Origin: Candidatus Obscuribacteraceae bacterium
Lineage (GTDB): Bacteria > Cyanobacteriota > Vampirovibrionia > Obscuribacterales > Obscuribacteraceae
Direction of reading: 5' to 3'
Assembly: GCA_044226015.1 (NCBI GenBank)
Contig: JBGAHS010000003.1
Coordinates: forward strand, 224,001-288,000
Length of the DNA: 64,000 nt
Shown: positions 49,007 through 58,387 of the stretch, in pieces
Layout of the letters: each line of letters opens with the position of its first letter
Numbering within the stretch: the stretch's first letter is position 1
Translations under genes and position numbers: made by a program
The notes under the pieces: model-generated
Database searches by the model: none
Told to the model about the DNA's origin: nothing
What the model saw: the letters and a program-made list of their open reading frames with translations, nothing else

Positions 49007-50740
49007 TTATTTTACAGCTGAAAGTGCTTGTTGAGCTGACTCACTGAGCCGCCCTCGTTTATCATAGACAAGAGGCTTAATGTAATCAGTGTACTTCCTC
49101 ACAAGCACAGCGTTGCGAGACAACAACCTGCAGCACAAAGCTGCAATGCTGGCATCTTTGCTTACTACAAGCGCTCCAAAAATTTCGTCATCATTTTGTG
49201 GAGCGTATTGCATTTCTTCAAGACCTATCAAAGCGGCCTCGACAGTAGAGAAAACCTCTCCCTGAGAGCCCATTTGCTTGTGCAGCAGCTGAATAATGTT
49301 GATCAATTCTTTTGCAGCCGATGCTGATTCTTGCCCAAACTTTCCGAGGCACCAAACAGCCTCCAATCTTGTTTTGGAATTATCAAGACATTTGATGATT
49401 TCAGGTAAAGCTTTTTCGAACTTCAGTTCAGTGAGAGCTTTCATAGCCTCTTCTGCTTCAGTCTTCGTTGTAGCTACCGCCAGCAAAGCCTGAATTTTCT
49501 CCCCGCATCTCTCAAACAGCTCATTTATCTTTGAACACTCATCATAATCAACCATATCAGGAAGGCAATATCGCTCACAAGCAATCTCATTTATCTCTTC
49601 CATTGCTGATGCACGAACATTTTCCTTTTCAGAATCAAGACTCTGCAGAAGAAATTCAAGTCCGGCTACCATCAACGAAGGCTCGCGCAATACCTTTTTT
49701 CCTACTCCAGCAATTTTTGCAAAAGCCACGCTTGCCCCGTCTTTGCCGTTTGCATTCTTCTCTTTCTTGGCTTTGCTCGGGCGTGATTTTGTTTCAAAGT
49801 CAGCTTCAACTACTGCCTCATCGTCCACTTCCTCGGCATCTAATTCATTTTCGCTGAATTCAGCATCATCCGAATACAAAGAAATCACCTTAGCTTTATT
49901 ATGCACTTCACCAACTAAGCCTTGAAGCGAAGAGGGAAGAGCAATACCCAAGCCAAGACAGTTAGCAATAAAGAAATGCACCAGATTTGGTGCCAAAACA
50001 GTCGGCGTTTCGTCCCGACCAAATCGAATCACTTGCCCAATCTCTCCACCGCTGGCCGGGTCAAGGTCGACCCCAATAAAGTTGCCACCAAAGTCCTTCG
50101 CAAAGGGCACCCAGAGCTCGTTATAGAGCATTCGCTTTACCGGCCCCTCAGCGCCACCACCTGAATAATCGATGTCTTCAAAACTTTCATGTTCAGTAAG
50201 TACTCCATCAACACCACGTAAAGGCATAAAGAAGAAACCGCCAAACAACTTTGTCGTGACCTCTTTCTCCTGGACATCGTCATCCAGCCGATTAAAAGTG
50301 TGGTACAAACATTTATAATCTGCAGGAAGTTTTTTGCCCACCTGTGCTTCCAATTCCTCAAGTTCAGCCACCGGGGCATTTTTTGCGAAACTATGAACTA
50401 TGGCACCATCGTGCTCTTTTAACCAGAGTTTCATACAAACAAAAATGTCTTCAAGCACTGACTCTTTTGCTGAGCTGATTTTTGCATCAGCCACCGGCAC
50501 AGCATTTGAATGTGCTTCAGTATTAGCATCCGCCTCAACCTCGACGTAGCCCTTTGTTTGCTTCTCTACAATCAGCTTATCGTATTCTTTCTTCGCTTTC
50601 GACTCGGAGTCGAAGTCTTTGGATTTACTCTGCCCGCTTGTGCCAATGCGTCCCCATGTTGTGGTGACAGAACAACCATCAAGGTCAATTGCCCAGAATT
50701 TGCTAGAGCTGCCGTCTTGAAACTCAAACCGCCGTGTCAT
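49007..50740 (-). CDS. WGR + SMI1/KNR4 (SUKH) + HEAT-repeat protein
   Basis: KFW..TTWGRIG..GQ..KGY; LE..G.KLP.DY..WVPFA.D.GGN..VDLDP..G..GQV; C-terminal HEAT-like helices; start ATG 50740 with AGGAG RBS. Confidence 0.85.
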   Translation of the reverse strand: MTRRFEFQDGSSSKFWAIDLDGCSVTTTWGRIGTSGQSKSKDFDSESKAKKEYDKLIVEKQTKGYVEVEADANTEAHSNAVPVADAKISSAKESVLEDIFVCMKLWLKEHDGAIVHSFAKNAPVAELEELEAQVGKKLPADYKCLYHTFNRLDDDVQEKEVTTKLFGGFFFMPLRGVDGVLTEHESFEDIDYSGGGAEGPVKRMLYNELWVPFAKDFGGNFIGVDLDPASGGEIGQVIRFGRDETPTVLAPNLVHFFIANCLGLGIALPSSLQGLVGEVHNKAKVISLYSDDAEFSENELDAEEVDDEAVVEADFETKSRPSKAKKEKNANGKDGASVAFAKIAGVGKKVLREPSLMVAGLEFLLQSLDSEKENVRASAMEEINEIACERYCLPDMVDYDECSKINELFERCGEKIQALLAVATTKTEAEEAMKALTELKFEKALPEIIKCLDNSKTRLEAVWCLGKFGQESASAAKELINIIQLLHKQMGSQGEVFSTVEAALIGLEEMQYAPQNDDEIFGALVVSKDASIAALCCRLLSRNAVLVRKYTDYIKPLVYDKRGRLSESAQQALSAVK

Positions 50741-51205
50741 TTTCGCTCCTAATTGAGAGAAATAGAAGTCTACCTCAAGAGCAGAAGGCGCTGGCAGGCT
50801 TAATATTACCTCTTTGATTAAATGCACTGGCACACGCTGTCAAAACGAGGAAAACGCCGACCAAGGCAAGCTTACAGGAGTGCAAAGCAAGCTTTATGCA
50901 GGGACACAAACTATCTTGCGGAATTGGGATTTGCAGCCTATCAAATCCTTGCGGCATCAAGAATTTACTTCCCTCGCCATTCGAACCTATCTGTAATTCT
51001 GCCTGGTTGCCAAAGACATAAATGCACAACAATTCGGTCTGCTCGTTGAAAGCATTGAATTTACGAAGTTCAGAAACAGAAGACAAGCTTGCTGAGCCAA
51101 AACCCAAATGCTTGTCCGAAACAAGTTTACGAGACGAAGAGACTTCACGTTCGTTGCAAGTTTACCGGTTAGAATATCTGTCCAATCCCTTACCATACAT
51201 GCATC

Positions 51206-52495
51206 TTGGCTTCGGACGGTCTGCAGAAAACCTGGCTTGAAAAAACGCGCTCATCTCCCAAGATGGTGCTATTTGTTGCATCTTTCGCACTCTTTGTTGA
51301 AGAAGTACTCTACGGAATGCTTGGTCCGTTAATTCCTGATTGCCCTGCCGGCTTCAAGGATGAGCACGTTATCAGTACCCTTTACGGCGCATATGCACTC
51401 GGGCTCATCCTGTCTACACCAATTTTGGGTGTAGTTACCGATCGCTTAGGACGCAAGCAACCTATGCTCATCGGAGCAGCGGTGCTAACCGTGTCTTCCC
51501 TGCTTTTCGCTAACGGCTCAAACAACGAAATAATGTTCATCGGACGTGTACTGGAAGGCATCGGAGCAGCCTGCACATGGACAGCAGGCATGGCTCTGGT
51601 TGCAGAATATTTCATCAAAGACCGCGTCAAAGCGATGGGGTTCGCCATGTTCGGGGCCACGACAGGGTCAATCGTCGGTCCATTGCTAGGAGGCGAGCTA
51701 TTTGACTGGATGGGTTACACCCCAACGTTTTACCTTGCATTTGCTTTCCTCGCTATCAACACCGTTCTTACATACTTCTTTCTGGCGCCATCCGTGCCAC
51801 AAAAAAACGTTCCCTGGAGCAATACTTTCACTGAGCTGAAGGGAATCATCACTGACCGAAGTGTGCTTACTGCAGCTATGGCTGTGGCTCTGGCGGCAGC
51901 AAGCTGGGCGCTGATGGAACCACTTTTCCCTATGCATGTAATGCGCGTAGGGCATGCTTCAACGGCCATGGTTGGAATGCTTGTAACTATCTCCAATTTG
52001 CTTTACGCATTTCTTGCGCCGCTTGTTGGTTTCGTTTCTGATCGCATGGGAGTTAGGCAGACTGCAGTTCTCGGGCTGGTCATGACGGCAATAGTGCTTC
52101 CACTGCTTGCAATTACACCAAACATTTTCGCCGCAACGATAGTACTCTGCCATATCACAGTTTCCTACGCCTTCACCATTAACCCAACCTCAGCTGAACT
52201 TGGAGACGCCGTCGACCGCAGAGGCTCAAGTTCTTATGCAATAGCTTATGCAGTGTACAACCTGGCTTATTCCTTAGGAATGCTAGCTGTGGACGCGTAT
52301 ATCGAGTTCGTCACAGACGAGGCGCACAAACTGGACCTATTTCAAATTCTTGCAATCATGAGCGTATTATTCTTGATTTGCATTCCGATTTTTACTGCTA
52401 AAGGCAAAAACAACAGCTCTGATGCAATGCCAGCGGTAGAACCAATTCCAGTGCTGACAGACTCTGCGGAGGAGACTCTAAAAGAGAATGAATAA
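51206..52495 (+). CDS. MFS transporter (DHA1/vesicular amine transporter-like)
   Basis: About 12 TM helices; G.VTDRLGRK motif A; YA.AYAVYNLAYSLG. Confidence 0.9.
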   Translation: MASDGLQKTWLEKTRSSPKMVLFVASFALFVEEVLYGMLGPLIPDCPAGFKDEHVISTLYGAYALGLILSTPILGVVTDRLGRKQPMLIGAAVLTVSSLLFANGSNNEIMFIGRVLEGIGAACTWTAGMALVAEYFIKDRVKAMGFAMFGATTGSIVGPLLGGELFDWMGYTPTFYLAFAFLAINTVLTYFFLAPSVPQKNVPWSNTFTELKGIITDRSVLTAAMAVALAAASWALMEPLFPMHVMRVGHASTAMVGMLVTISNLLYAFLAPLVGFVSDRMGVRQTAVLGLVMTAIVLPLLAITPNIFAATIVLCHITVSYAFTINPTSAELGDAVDRRGSSSYAIAYAVYNLAYSLGMLAVDAYIEFVTDEAHKLDLFQILAIMSVLFLICIPIFTAKGKNNSSDAMPAVEPIPVLTDSAEETLKENE

Positions 52496-52543
52496 TTTCA
52501 AAAAAAGTGCGACACAGATAAAGGCAAGCAGGAGGCAACACCA

Positions 52544-54025
52544 ATGGCCGGCTCAGTAATAAGCGAACTTGCAAACACGTTTATTTCAAAGAAAGAACGT
52601 GTCTCACGGCGAGAGGTTCTCAAAGTGATGATGGCGAGTGCCGGAGCCTTGATGCTGAGCACCACATTCGGTGGCGAAGCACAATCAAAGAACCAGCGCA
52701 AAATCATCATTATCGGGGCAGGACTCGCCGGACTGGCAGCCGCTTACGAACTCGGTATAGCTGGCTACAATGTGGTCGTTTTAGAAGCAAGAGATCGGGT
52801 CGGTGGAAGAGTTCATACGCTTTACGACTTCATTCCGGGAAAACACGTCGAAGCTGGTGCAGAACTAATCGGTGCGAACCATCCAACCTGGATGGCCTAC
52901 GCAAAACAATTTAAGCTACAGATGCTTGAGCGCACAGAGTACCCCGACAGCGCCAGACCAGTGATGATTAACAACAAACTTCTAACTCCAAAAGAGGCGG
53001 GCGACCTCTGGGAGGAAGTTGATCATCAGCTAAATCTCTACAACAAGATGGCAATACCAATTGACCCGGTGCAGCCCTGGAAGAGCCCGAATGCAAAAGT
53101 CCTCGATTTCAAAACAGTAAACTCATGGATAGAAGACCTAAAATGCTCAGACCACTGCAAAATGGCAATGCGGCTGGAAGAGAGCTCAGACTCAAACGAC
53201 CCAGGTTGGGACAGCCTGCTAGGACGACTTGCCACAATCAAAGGTGGCGGGCTTGAAAAATACTGGACGGAAACTGAAGTATATCGCTGCAAAGGTGGTA
53301 ATCAGCAAATCGCTGAGAAACTGGCCGACGCTATCGGACGCAAAAACATCAGACTGGAAACTCCTGTCACAGCCGTAGACATATTCGAGAACTCTGTCAG
53401 CGTTGATTTGCACGATGGCACAAAAATTGAAGGCGACGACTTGATTCTCGCTGTTCCACCAGGAACATGGAAACGCATAACTTTCACACCGCCACTGCCA
53501 CCGCAGTTCTATCCACAAATGGCAAATCAGGTGAAGTTTCTGGCAGAAGTACGCGAGCGATTCTGGGAGCATGAGCATCGCTCGCCCGATTCACTCAGCG
53601 ACACACCTGTTGCTGAAACATGGGACGCGACAGACAAACAAGGCAATGACGGACACTTCTGTATGACAGTGTTCGCGGGAGGCAACGCCGCAGATACAGG
53701 TCGAGGCTGGCCGGCGGATCAGAGAATCGCGCACTACGCTCTAGAAATTGAGAAAATCTACCCGCGTTTCACTTCCAATTTTATTAAAGCTAACTTTATA
53801 GATTGGCCCTCAGACCCCTGGGCTCAAGCAGGCTATTCATCTCCAGCACCAGGACAAATCATGACGATGGGTCCTATTCTGCATAACGGAATCGGCAGAC
53901 TTCACTTTGCTGGCGAGCACACTAGCTTTGCCTTCGGTGGTTATATGGAAGGCGCCCTCCACTCAGGTGTTCGAACCGCCAAGAAGATAGCAGACAGAGA
54001 CTGGATGGCAGGCAAACCAATGTAG
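52544..54025 (+). CDS. Tat-exported flavin-dependent amine oxidase (MAO/L-amino-acid oxidase family)
   Basis: SRREVLK twin-arginine signal; GAGLAG, EARDRVGGR, FAGEHT, GYMEGA. Confidence 0.92.
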   Translation: MAGSVISELANTFISKKERVSRREVLKVMMASAGALMLSTTFGGEAQSKNQRKIIIIGAGLAGLAAAYELGIAGYNVVVLEARDRVGGRVHTLYDFIPGKHVEAGAELIGANHPTWMAYAKQFKLQMLERTEYPDSARPVMINNKLLTPKEAGDLWEEVDHQLNLYNKMAIPIDPVQPWKSPNAKVLDFKTVNSWIEDLKCSDHCKMAMRLEESSDSNDPGWDSLLGRLATIKGGGLEKYWTETEVYRCKGGNQQIAEKLADAIGRKNIRLETPVTAVDIFENSVSVDLHDGTKIEGDDLILAVPPGTWKRITFTPPLPPQFYPQMANQVKFLAEVRERFWEHEHRSPDSLSDTPVAETWDATDKQGNDGHFCMTVFAGGNAADTGRGWPADQRIAHYALEIEKIYPRFTSNFIKANFIDWPSDPWAQAGYSSPAPGQIMTMGPILHNGIGRLHFAGEHTSFAFGGYMEGALHSGVRTAKKIADRDWMAGKPM

Positions 54026-54344
54026 CCCAATGACCATTATTCCGTTATCTTTAAGCCATCGTTATCAAAGATATATGCAAAGCAAGCATTGCGCTGGTAC
54101 TTGGACAACCAAGGGAAACTGATACAAGATGAACAAAGAGGACCGGCACTGCCGGCACATAGGTTTGCTATGATGAATTAAGCCAGACTGATATCTCATT
54201 GCCTGGGCAACTTCACTTTCTCGGTCAAAGCAAAAAAATCAAAAAGCGAATAGAGCTAGACGAAGCCGAGCTAGCGGAGAGACTTAAGAAAACACTGATT
54301 CAAAAGGGGAATAATATAGGACAGTAGCTCTCAGGTTTGCATTA

Positions 54345-56246
54345 ATGAATCACAACACCAACGATAGCGATCATAAAGAGCGTTCGGAAAGACCCGAAAG
54401 CAAAACTGATCGTGTTGAGAAAAGAGCAGAGAACAGAGAGCGCGGCGAAGCCTGCATAGAGCTGGCAAACGGGGCTCTAAACAAAGACATTCAAGCCGCT
54501 ATTGTGGAAAAGCGTCTTTCAAGAAAGAGCGGTGCAACTGGCTATGGTGTAGCTTCTGCTGATTCACTCTTGCCTCTGGATAAAAAGAGCAAAGGCAAAG
54601 TTTCCGTACCGGAAGGAATATCAGAGACGGAATACATCGCAGCAGTAAAGCAAGCTGAGGCACAACAGCAGGAGAAAACGCCAATAGCTTTGATCGCCCA
54701 GGGCGTTGAAAACGATCCATTCAACCAACAATCGAAGATCGTTAGCGATGGCAGCAGTTCAGTATCTCGGAGTAAGTCAGTTGATGCTGGACTGGAAGAT
54801 GCTAGGCAGCAGCTGCTAAAGGATGGGGCGCCATCATCACTAGTAGACTCGCTCAAACCGGAGCCAAAGAAACTAGAGGGCTATATCAACAATACGCCAG
54901 ACGTAAAAGAAAAGATCGAGGAAAGCCCAGTTTCGATGATGGCTAAAGCTATGGAGCCTGTGACAGATAGCTTTAGCAAGTTTACTGCCGAGTCAACGAA
55001 GCACCTACATAACATGATGGAGGAAGCTAAAGAAGCCTTCGGAATTAAGCCATCGGAAAAGCCTCACAACTCAATTAGCCCGGAAGGGTTTGCCGTTCTG
55101 CAATCCGTGGAGAGCCCTAGAGATGCTTCTCATGTGCTTGCCGGGGCTGTAACCGGGTTCGACAAAACAATTAATGAGGCAATGCCAGGACTTACACCAA
55201 GAGGAGCCTTGGAAGCCACAGCAGAATTAGGAAAGCGAATTGTTGATCGTGCTTTGCATCCAGCACCTGAAGCAGTTCTAGATCAGCTAAAGCATCAATT
55301 AGACCCAATCGGAGCCTTCAAGGACGACATCGCAAAGCTTGGAAAAAAATATGATCAGATGGTTGATTGGGCCGCTGATCGAAGTCAAAAGAGTTTTTCA
55401 GAGCGCGGAGAATCGGCAGGCAAAGCCGGTCCTGATGTTTTGATGGCTGCTGAGGGAATTGTGTTCATTGCCAAATCAGGTGAATGGATCACTCGTGAGA
55501 ATGCTATTAGAGCAGGACTAGAGAAGCTCACCCCAGAAGAATTGAAAGAGCGCGGAATAACAAAAACAACAGTGGAGCACATGAAGCCCGAAGACATCGT
55601 TAATCCGATTGATAGGAACGCTTCTCCGGAAGAGAAGATTAGACAATTGCAGAAACTATCAGCTGAGAATCAGCCGTTGATTGAGGACTTCAAGAACCAG
55701 GTTGATTCCAAATATGGAAGCTTTTCATATGGAGAACCAAAAAAGCCGCAAGACATACTCGACAAACCACAAAGGCAAGAAGTACGCGAAAAGTATCCGT
55801 GGTTCGAAATTGAACATGTTAGAGACTCGCAGAGATTCACAACCGTTGTTGATAATTTGGATGCACTGCCAGCGATTGCGAAGGACCTGAAAGAAAGTGG
55901 GTTCCAGGTGATTGATGCACCTATCTCCAAAATGGAACCAAATAAACGAGGCTGGAGAATGATGCCGTTTGACCTTCGTGCGCCAAATGGTCAGCTCATT
56001 GAATATCAAGTCTTGTTCAAAGAAATGGCTGAAGCCGGTCGAGTAACTCACCCAATTCACAAAAAATGGCGTGGTAGTGAGTCATCTGAACTGTCAAAAT
56101 CAGACAAAATCTTGAAGCAGACAGACTTTGTGACTGCACGTGATACTTGTAATGCAGCTTGGGATGCGTATTTGAAGCGTACCGGACAAAACGCAGAACA
56201 CATTAGGACAATATTGGAACAAGTTCAAAACATATTGAGGCAATGA
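54345..56246 (+). CDS. Polymorphic toxin with C-terminal RelA/SpoT-like (small alarmone synthetase) domain
   Basis: K.P..I..K, VRDSQRF, GWR, GQLIEYQV, H..H..WR match SAS motifs; N-terminus shared with 1086..2831; ATGA overlap with the downstream small gene. Confidence 0.75.
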   Translation: MNHNTNDSDHKERSERPESKTDRVEKRAENRERGEACIELANGALNKDIQAAIVEKRLSRKSGATGYGVASADSLLPLDKKSKGKVSVPEGISETEYIAAVKQAEAQQQEKTPIALIAQGVENDPFNQQSKIVSDGSSSVSRSKSVDAGLEDARQQLLKDGAPSSLVDSLKPEPKKLEGYINNTPDVKEKIEESPVSMMAKAMEPVTDSFSKFTAESTKHLHNMMEEAKEAFGIKPSEKPHNSISPEGFAVLQSVESPRDASHVLAGAVTGFDKTINEAMPGLTPRGALEATAELGKRIVDRALHPAPEAVLDQLKHQLDPIGAFKDDIAKLGKKYDQMVDWAADRSQKSFSERGESAGKAGPDVLMAAEGIVFIAKSGEWITRENAIRAGLEKLTPEELKERGITKTTVEHMKPEDIVNPIDRNASPEEKIRQLQKLSAENQPLIEDFKNQVDSKYGSFSYGEPKKPQDILDKPQRQEVREKYPWFEIEHVRDSQRFTTVVDNLDALPAIAKDLKESGFQVIDAPISKMEPNKRGWRMMPFDLRAPNGQLIEYQVLFKEMAEAGRVTHPIHKKWRGSESSELSKSDKILKQTDFVTARDTCNAAWDAYLKRTGQNAEHIRTILEQVQNILRQ

Positions 56247-56518
56247 GTATGACTACTACTAAACATATCCTAGCAATGCGCTCCGCACACGGCGAAATCT
56301 CCTTATTTGACACCTTTGATAAATTCATGGCGTCATTCAAAGACGGTAAATGGATTAACGATGACATTTTTAACTTTGATGATGTTTGGGACAATTTTGA
56401 GCATATGACTGATGACGATGAAATTATCAAAATAATGGGGGAGGCAAGATCTGCCCTAGGACAACCGTTAACAACGCAACTTTGCCACTCAGAGCCCTCC
56501 GAATCGAAGTTAGCATGA
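56243..56518 (+). CDS. Putative cognate immunity protein
   Basis: Translationally coupled (ATGA) to the toxin; acidic, 91 aa; has a tandem paralog. Confidence 0.7.
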   Translation: MSMTTTKHILAMRSAHGEISLFDTFDKFMASFKDGKWINDDIFNFDDVWDNFEHMTDDDEIIKIMGEARSALGQPLTTQLCHSEPSESKLA

Positions 56519-56583
56519 CCGAGGGCTGAGTTGTTTCAAAAATGGATGAGCAAGGTACAAGCGCTATTCGAGGATCAGAAATA

Positions 56584-56829
56584 ATGACTACAGATCATAT
56601 CTAGGCGATGCGATCAGAATGCGGGGAAATTCATTTGTTTGACGAAACCGACAATTTCACCGCGGGGTTCAAAAACGGTCACTGGATTGGTGATACAATC
56701 TTTAACTTCGATGATCTTTGGGAGAATTTTAGACACATCAATGATGACGATGAAATTTTGAGACTAATGACAGAGGTCAGAGAAGCGCTAGGTCAATCAA
56801 CGAAACCAAGCAAAGGCTGGCTGATATAG
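56584..56829 (+). pseudogene. Second immunity paralog with TAG at codon 7 (or a 73-aa protein restarting at 56608)
   Basis: MTTDHI*AMRSECGEIHLFD aligns with MTTTKHILAMRSAHGEISLFD; TAG at 56602-56604. Confidence 0.65.
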
Positions 56830-56884
56830 AGAATCCAAGCGCGTTCAATCGTGGTTCTGATAATAATTTCTATGTTTCATTCAA

Positions 56885-56937
56885 TAAACTGGAATCTTAA
56901 AAGGCTTGCGTAGTATGGCTTTTAAGATTCCAGTTTA
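56885..56937. repeat. Perfect 19-bp inverted repeat with 15-nt loop
   Basis: TAAACTGGAATCTTAAAAG ... CTTTTAAGATTCCAGTTTA. Confidence 0.9.
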
Positions 56938-57202
56938 CTGGCGCCCCGCACCATATCCGGTGACTGGCTGATAATTTTCTGGTTCAAAGCATTTTTGGGG
57001 CAGCCATTGCAGTCAAGAGGCTGATATTCACTAGACTTTCAGCCTCCTTTCTCTTATTCTCCTTCTCATGAATGCCACCGGCCGCGATTTCAATTCTCTA
57101 CCGGCCGACACGAACAGCCTTGATGATCTATGCTTGGACCCAGTCAACGCGGACATTGCTCAGGTCAGTCCGGTCAACAGCCAGGTCACACGGCAGCGAA
57201 AC

Positions 57203-58381
57203 TTATGATGCCTGCTTCTTCAGTTCGCCCTTGCCTAAAGCTATTACTGTTGGAAGCATTAGAGCCGGTGCAATCGCTGACACAGCGAGTCCGTTGTGCA
57301 GGTTGGAACCATCCGCAATGACACCAACAACCCACGGCATGAATACGCCACCAGCATTCCCGAATGCGGCTAGGGCACCAAACATAGTGGCACCACCATT
57401 TGGATACTTGTCTGCAGTTATTGCCAACATCGTGGGCCACAAACAGCTCCCCGTCAGCCCAGCAAGCACGCAGCAAGCAAGAGCAAGCTCAGGCACGGGA
57501 ATGAAAGAGCCTCCTAAAAACAAGAAGACCGATGTCGCACAACCAATCGCCATTATTCGCGGAGCTGATAACTTCTGGCTCAGCGCACCAATTCCCATTC
57601 TGCCTATTGCCATACAAACAGAAAACGCGAAAAGAGCAGCGCCGCCAACCCATTGCGGATATTTCAGAGACAACTCGGCGTATGCAGGCAGCCATTGCGC
57701 CATGCCCAGCTCAGTGGCACCACCTAAAAAGATTGCCAGCAGAGCTCCTAGAAACCACTTACTCTTCAGCAGCTCGGGAAGTGGTGTTCTATCACCTTCC
57801 TCTGCAGTCATTGCAGGAAATTTCATTGGAGCGAACAACACGGTCAAAAGCACCGGAACGGCTACCAGCAGCAAACTAGCGTTTCTCCAGGAGATGCCTA
57901 CTTGGAGCGCCAGAGTTCCTGCTAGAACAGTGATCGTTGCGCCCACACAATAGAACGAATGCAGCCAGTTCATACTGGAAGTTCGACTCTCAGGGTTCAA
58001 TGCAGACACAACAGGGCTCAGCACCATATCTAAGGTTCCGGCCCCAAGCCCAAGGAGAAAGTTTGCACACAAGAGAATTTCATAGCTAGGAGACCACGAC
58101 GTGATGACCAGTCCGATGGCGAGCAACAAGTTACCAGCTATCGCAAAAGCTTTTGCCCCGACCCGATCCGCGAGAGGACCCGTAAACAAAATAGAACCCA
58201 CGAGTCCGATGAAAGTCACAGAGCCGATGCGGCCGAGCTGCTCGCTGGTCAACCCACTTCCGTGCGCACCTGCAAAAGAGTGCTGAATTGTGACTAGAAA
58301 AATTGGAAGCAAGTTAATGCCGATGGCGAGGCTCGTCATCGCGGCATAGCAGAGAATAGTTAAAATGCGCGGACGCAGCAT
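57203..58381 (-). CDS. MFS transporter (FucP/TsgA-like sugar permease)
   Basis: About 12 TM helices; GPLADRVG, NWLHSFY..G, E..W.P.Y, GR. Confidence 0.9.
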   Translation of the reverse strand: MLRPRILTILCYAAMTSLAIGINLLPIFLVTIQHSFAGAHGSGLTSEQLGRIGSVTFIGLVGSILFTGPLADRVGAKAFAIAGNLLLAIGLVITSWSPSYEILLCANFLLGLGAGTLDMVLSPVVSALNPESRTSSMNWLHSFYCVGATITVLAGTLALQVGISWRNASLLLVAVPVLLTVLFAPMKFPAMTAEEGDRTPLPELLKSKWFLGALLAIFLGGATELGMAQWLPAYAELSLKYPQWVGGAALFAFSVCMAIGRMGIGALSQKLSAPRIMAIGCATSVFLFLGGSFIPVPELALACCVLAGLTGSCLWPTMLAITADKYPNGGATMFGALAAFGNAGGVFMPWVVGVIADGSNLHNGLAVSAIAPALMLPTVIALGKGELKKQAS

Positions 58382-58387
58382 CAGTAT

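Noticed and set aside
56939..57010. tRNA gene
   Set aside because: Ends resemble tRNA 3' termini, but there is no TTCGA T-loop or cloverleaf on either strand
57072..57953. 293-aa plus-strand ORF
   Set aside because: Antisense shadow of the MFS gene; likewise 1022..1720, 14293..14847, 41978..42808 and the short antisense ORFs over the pilin genes
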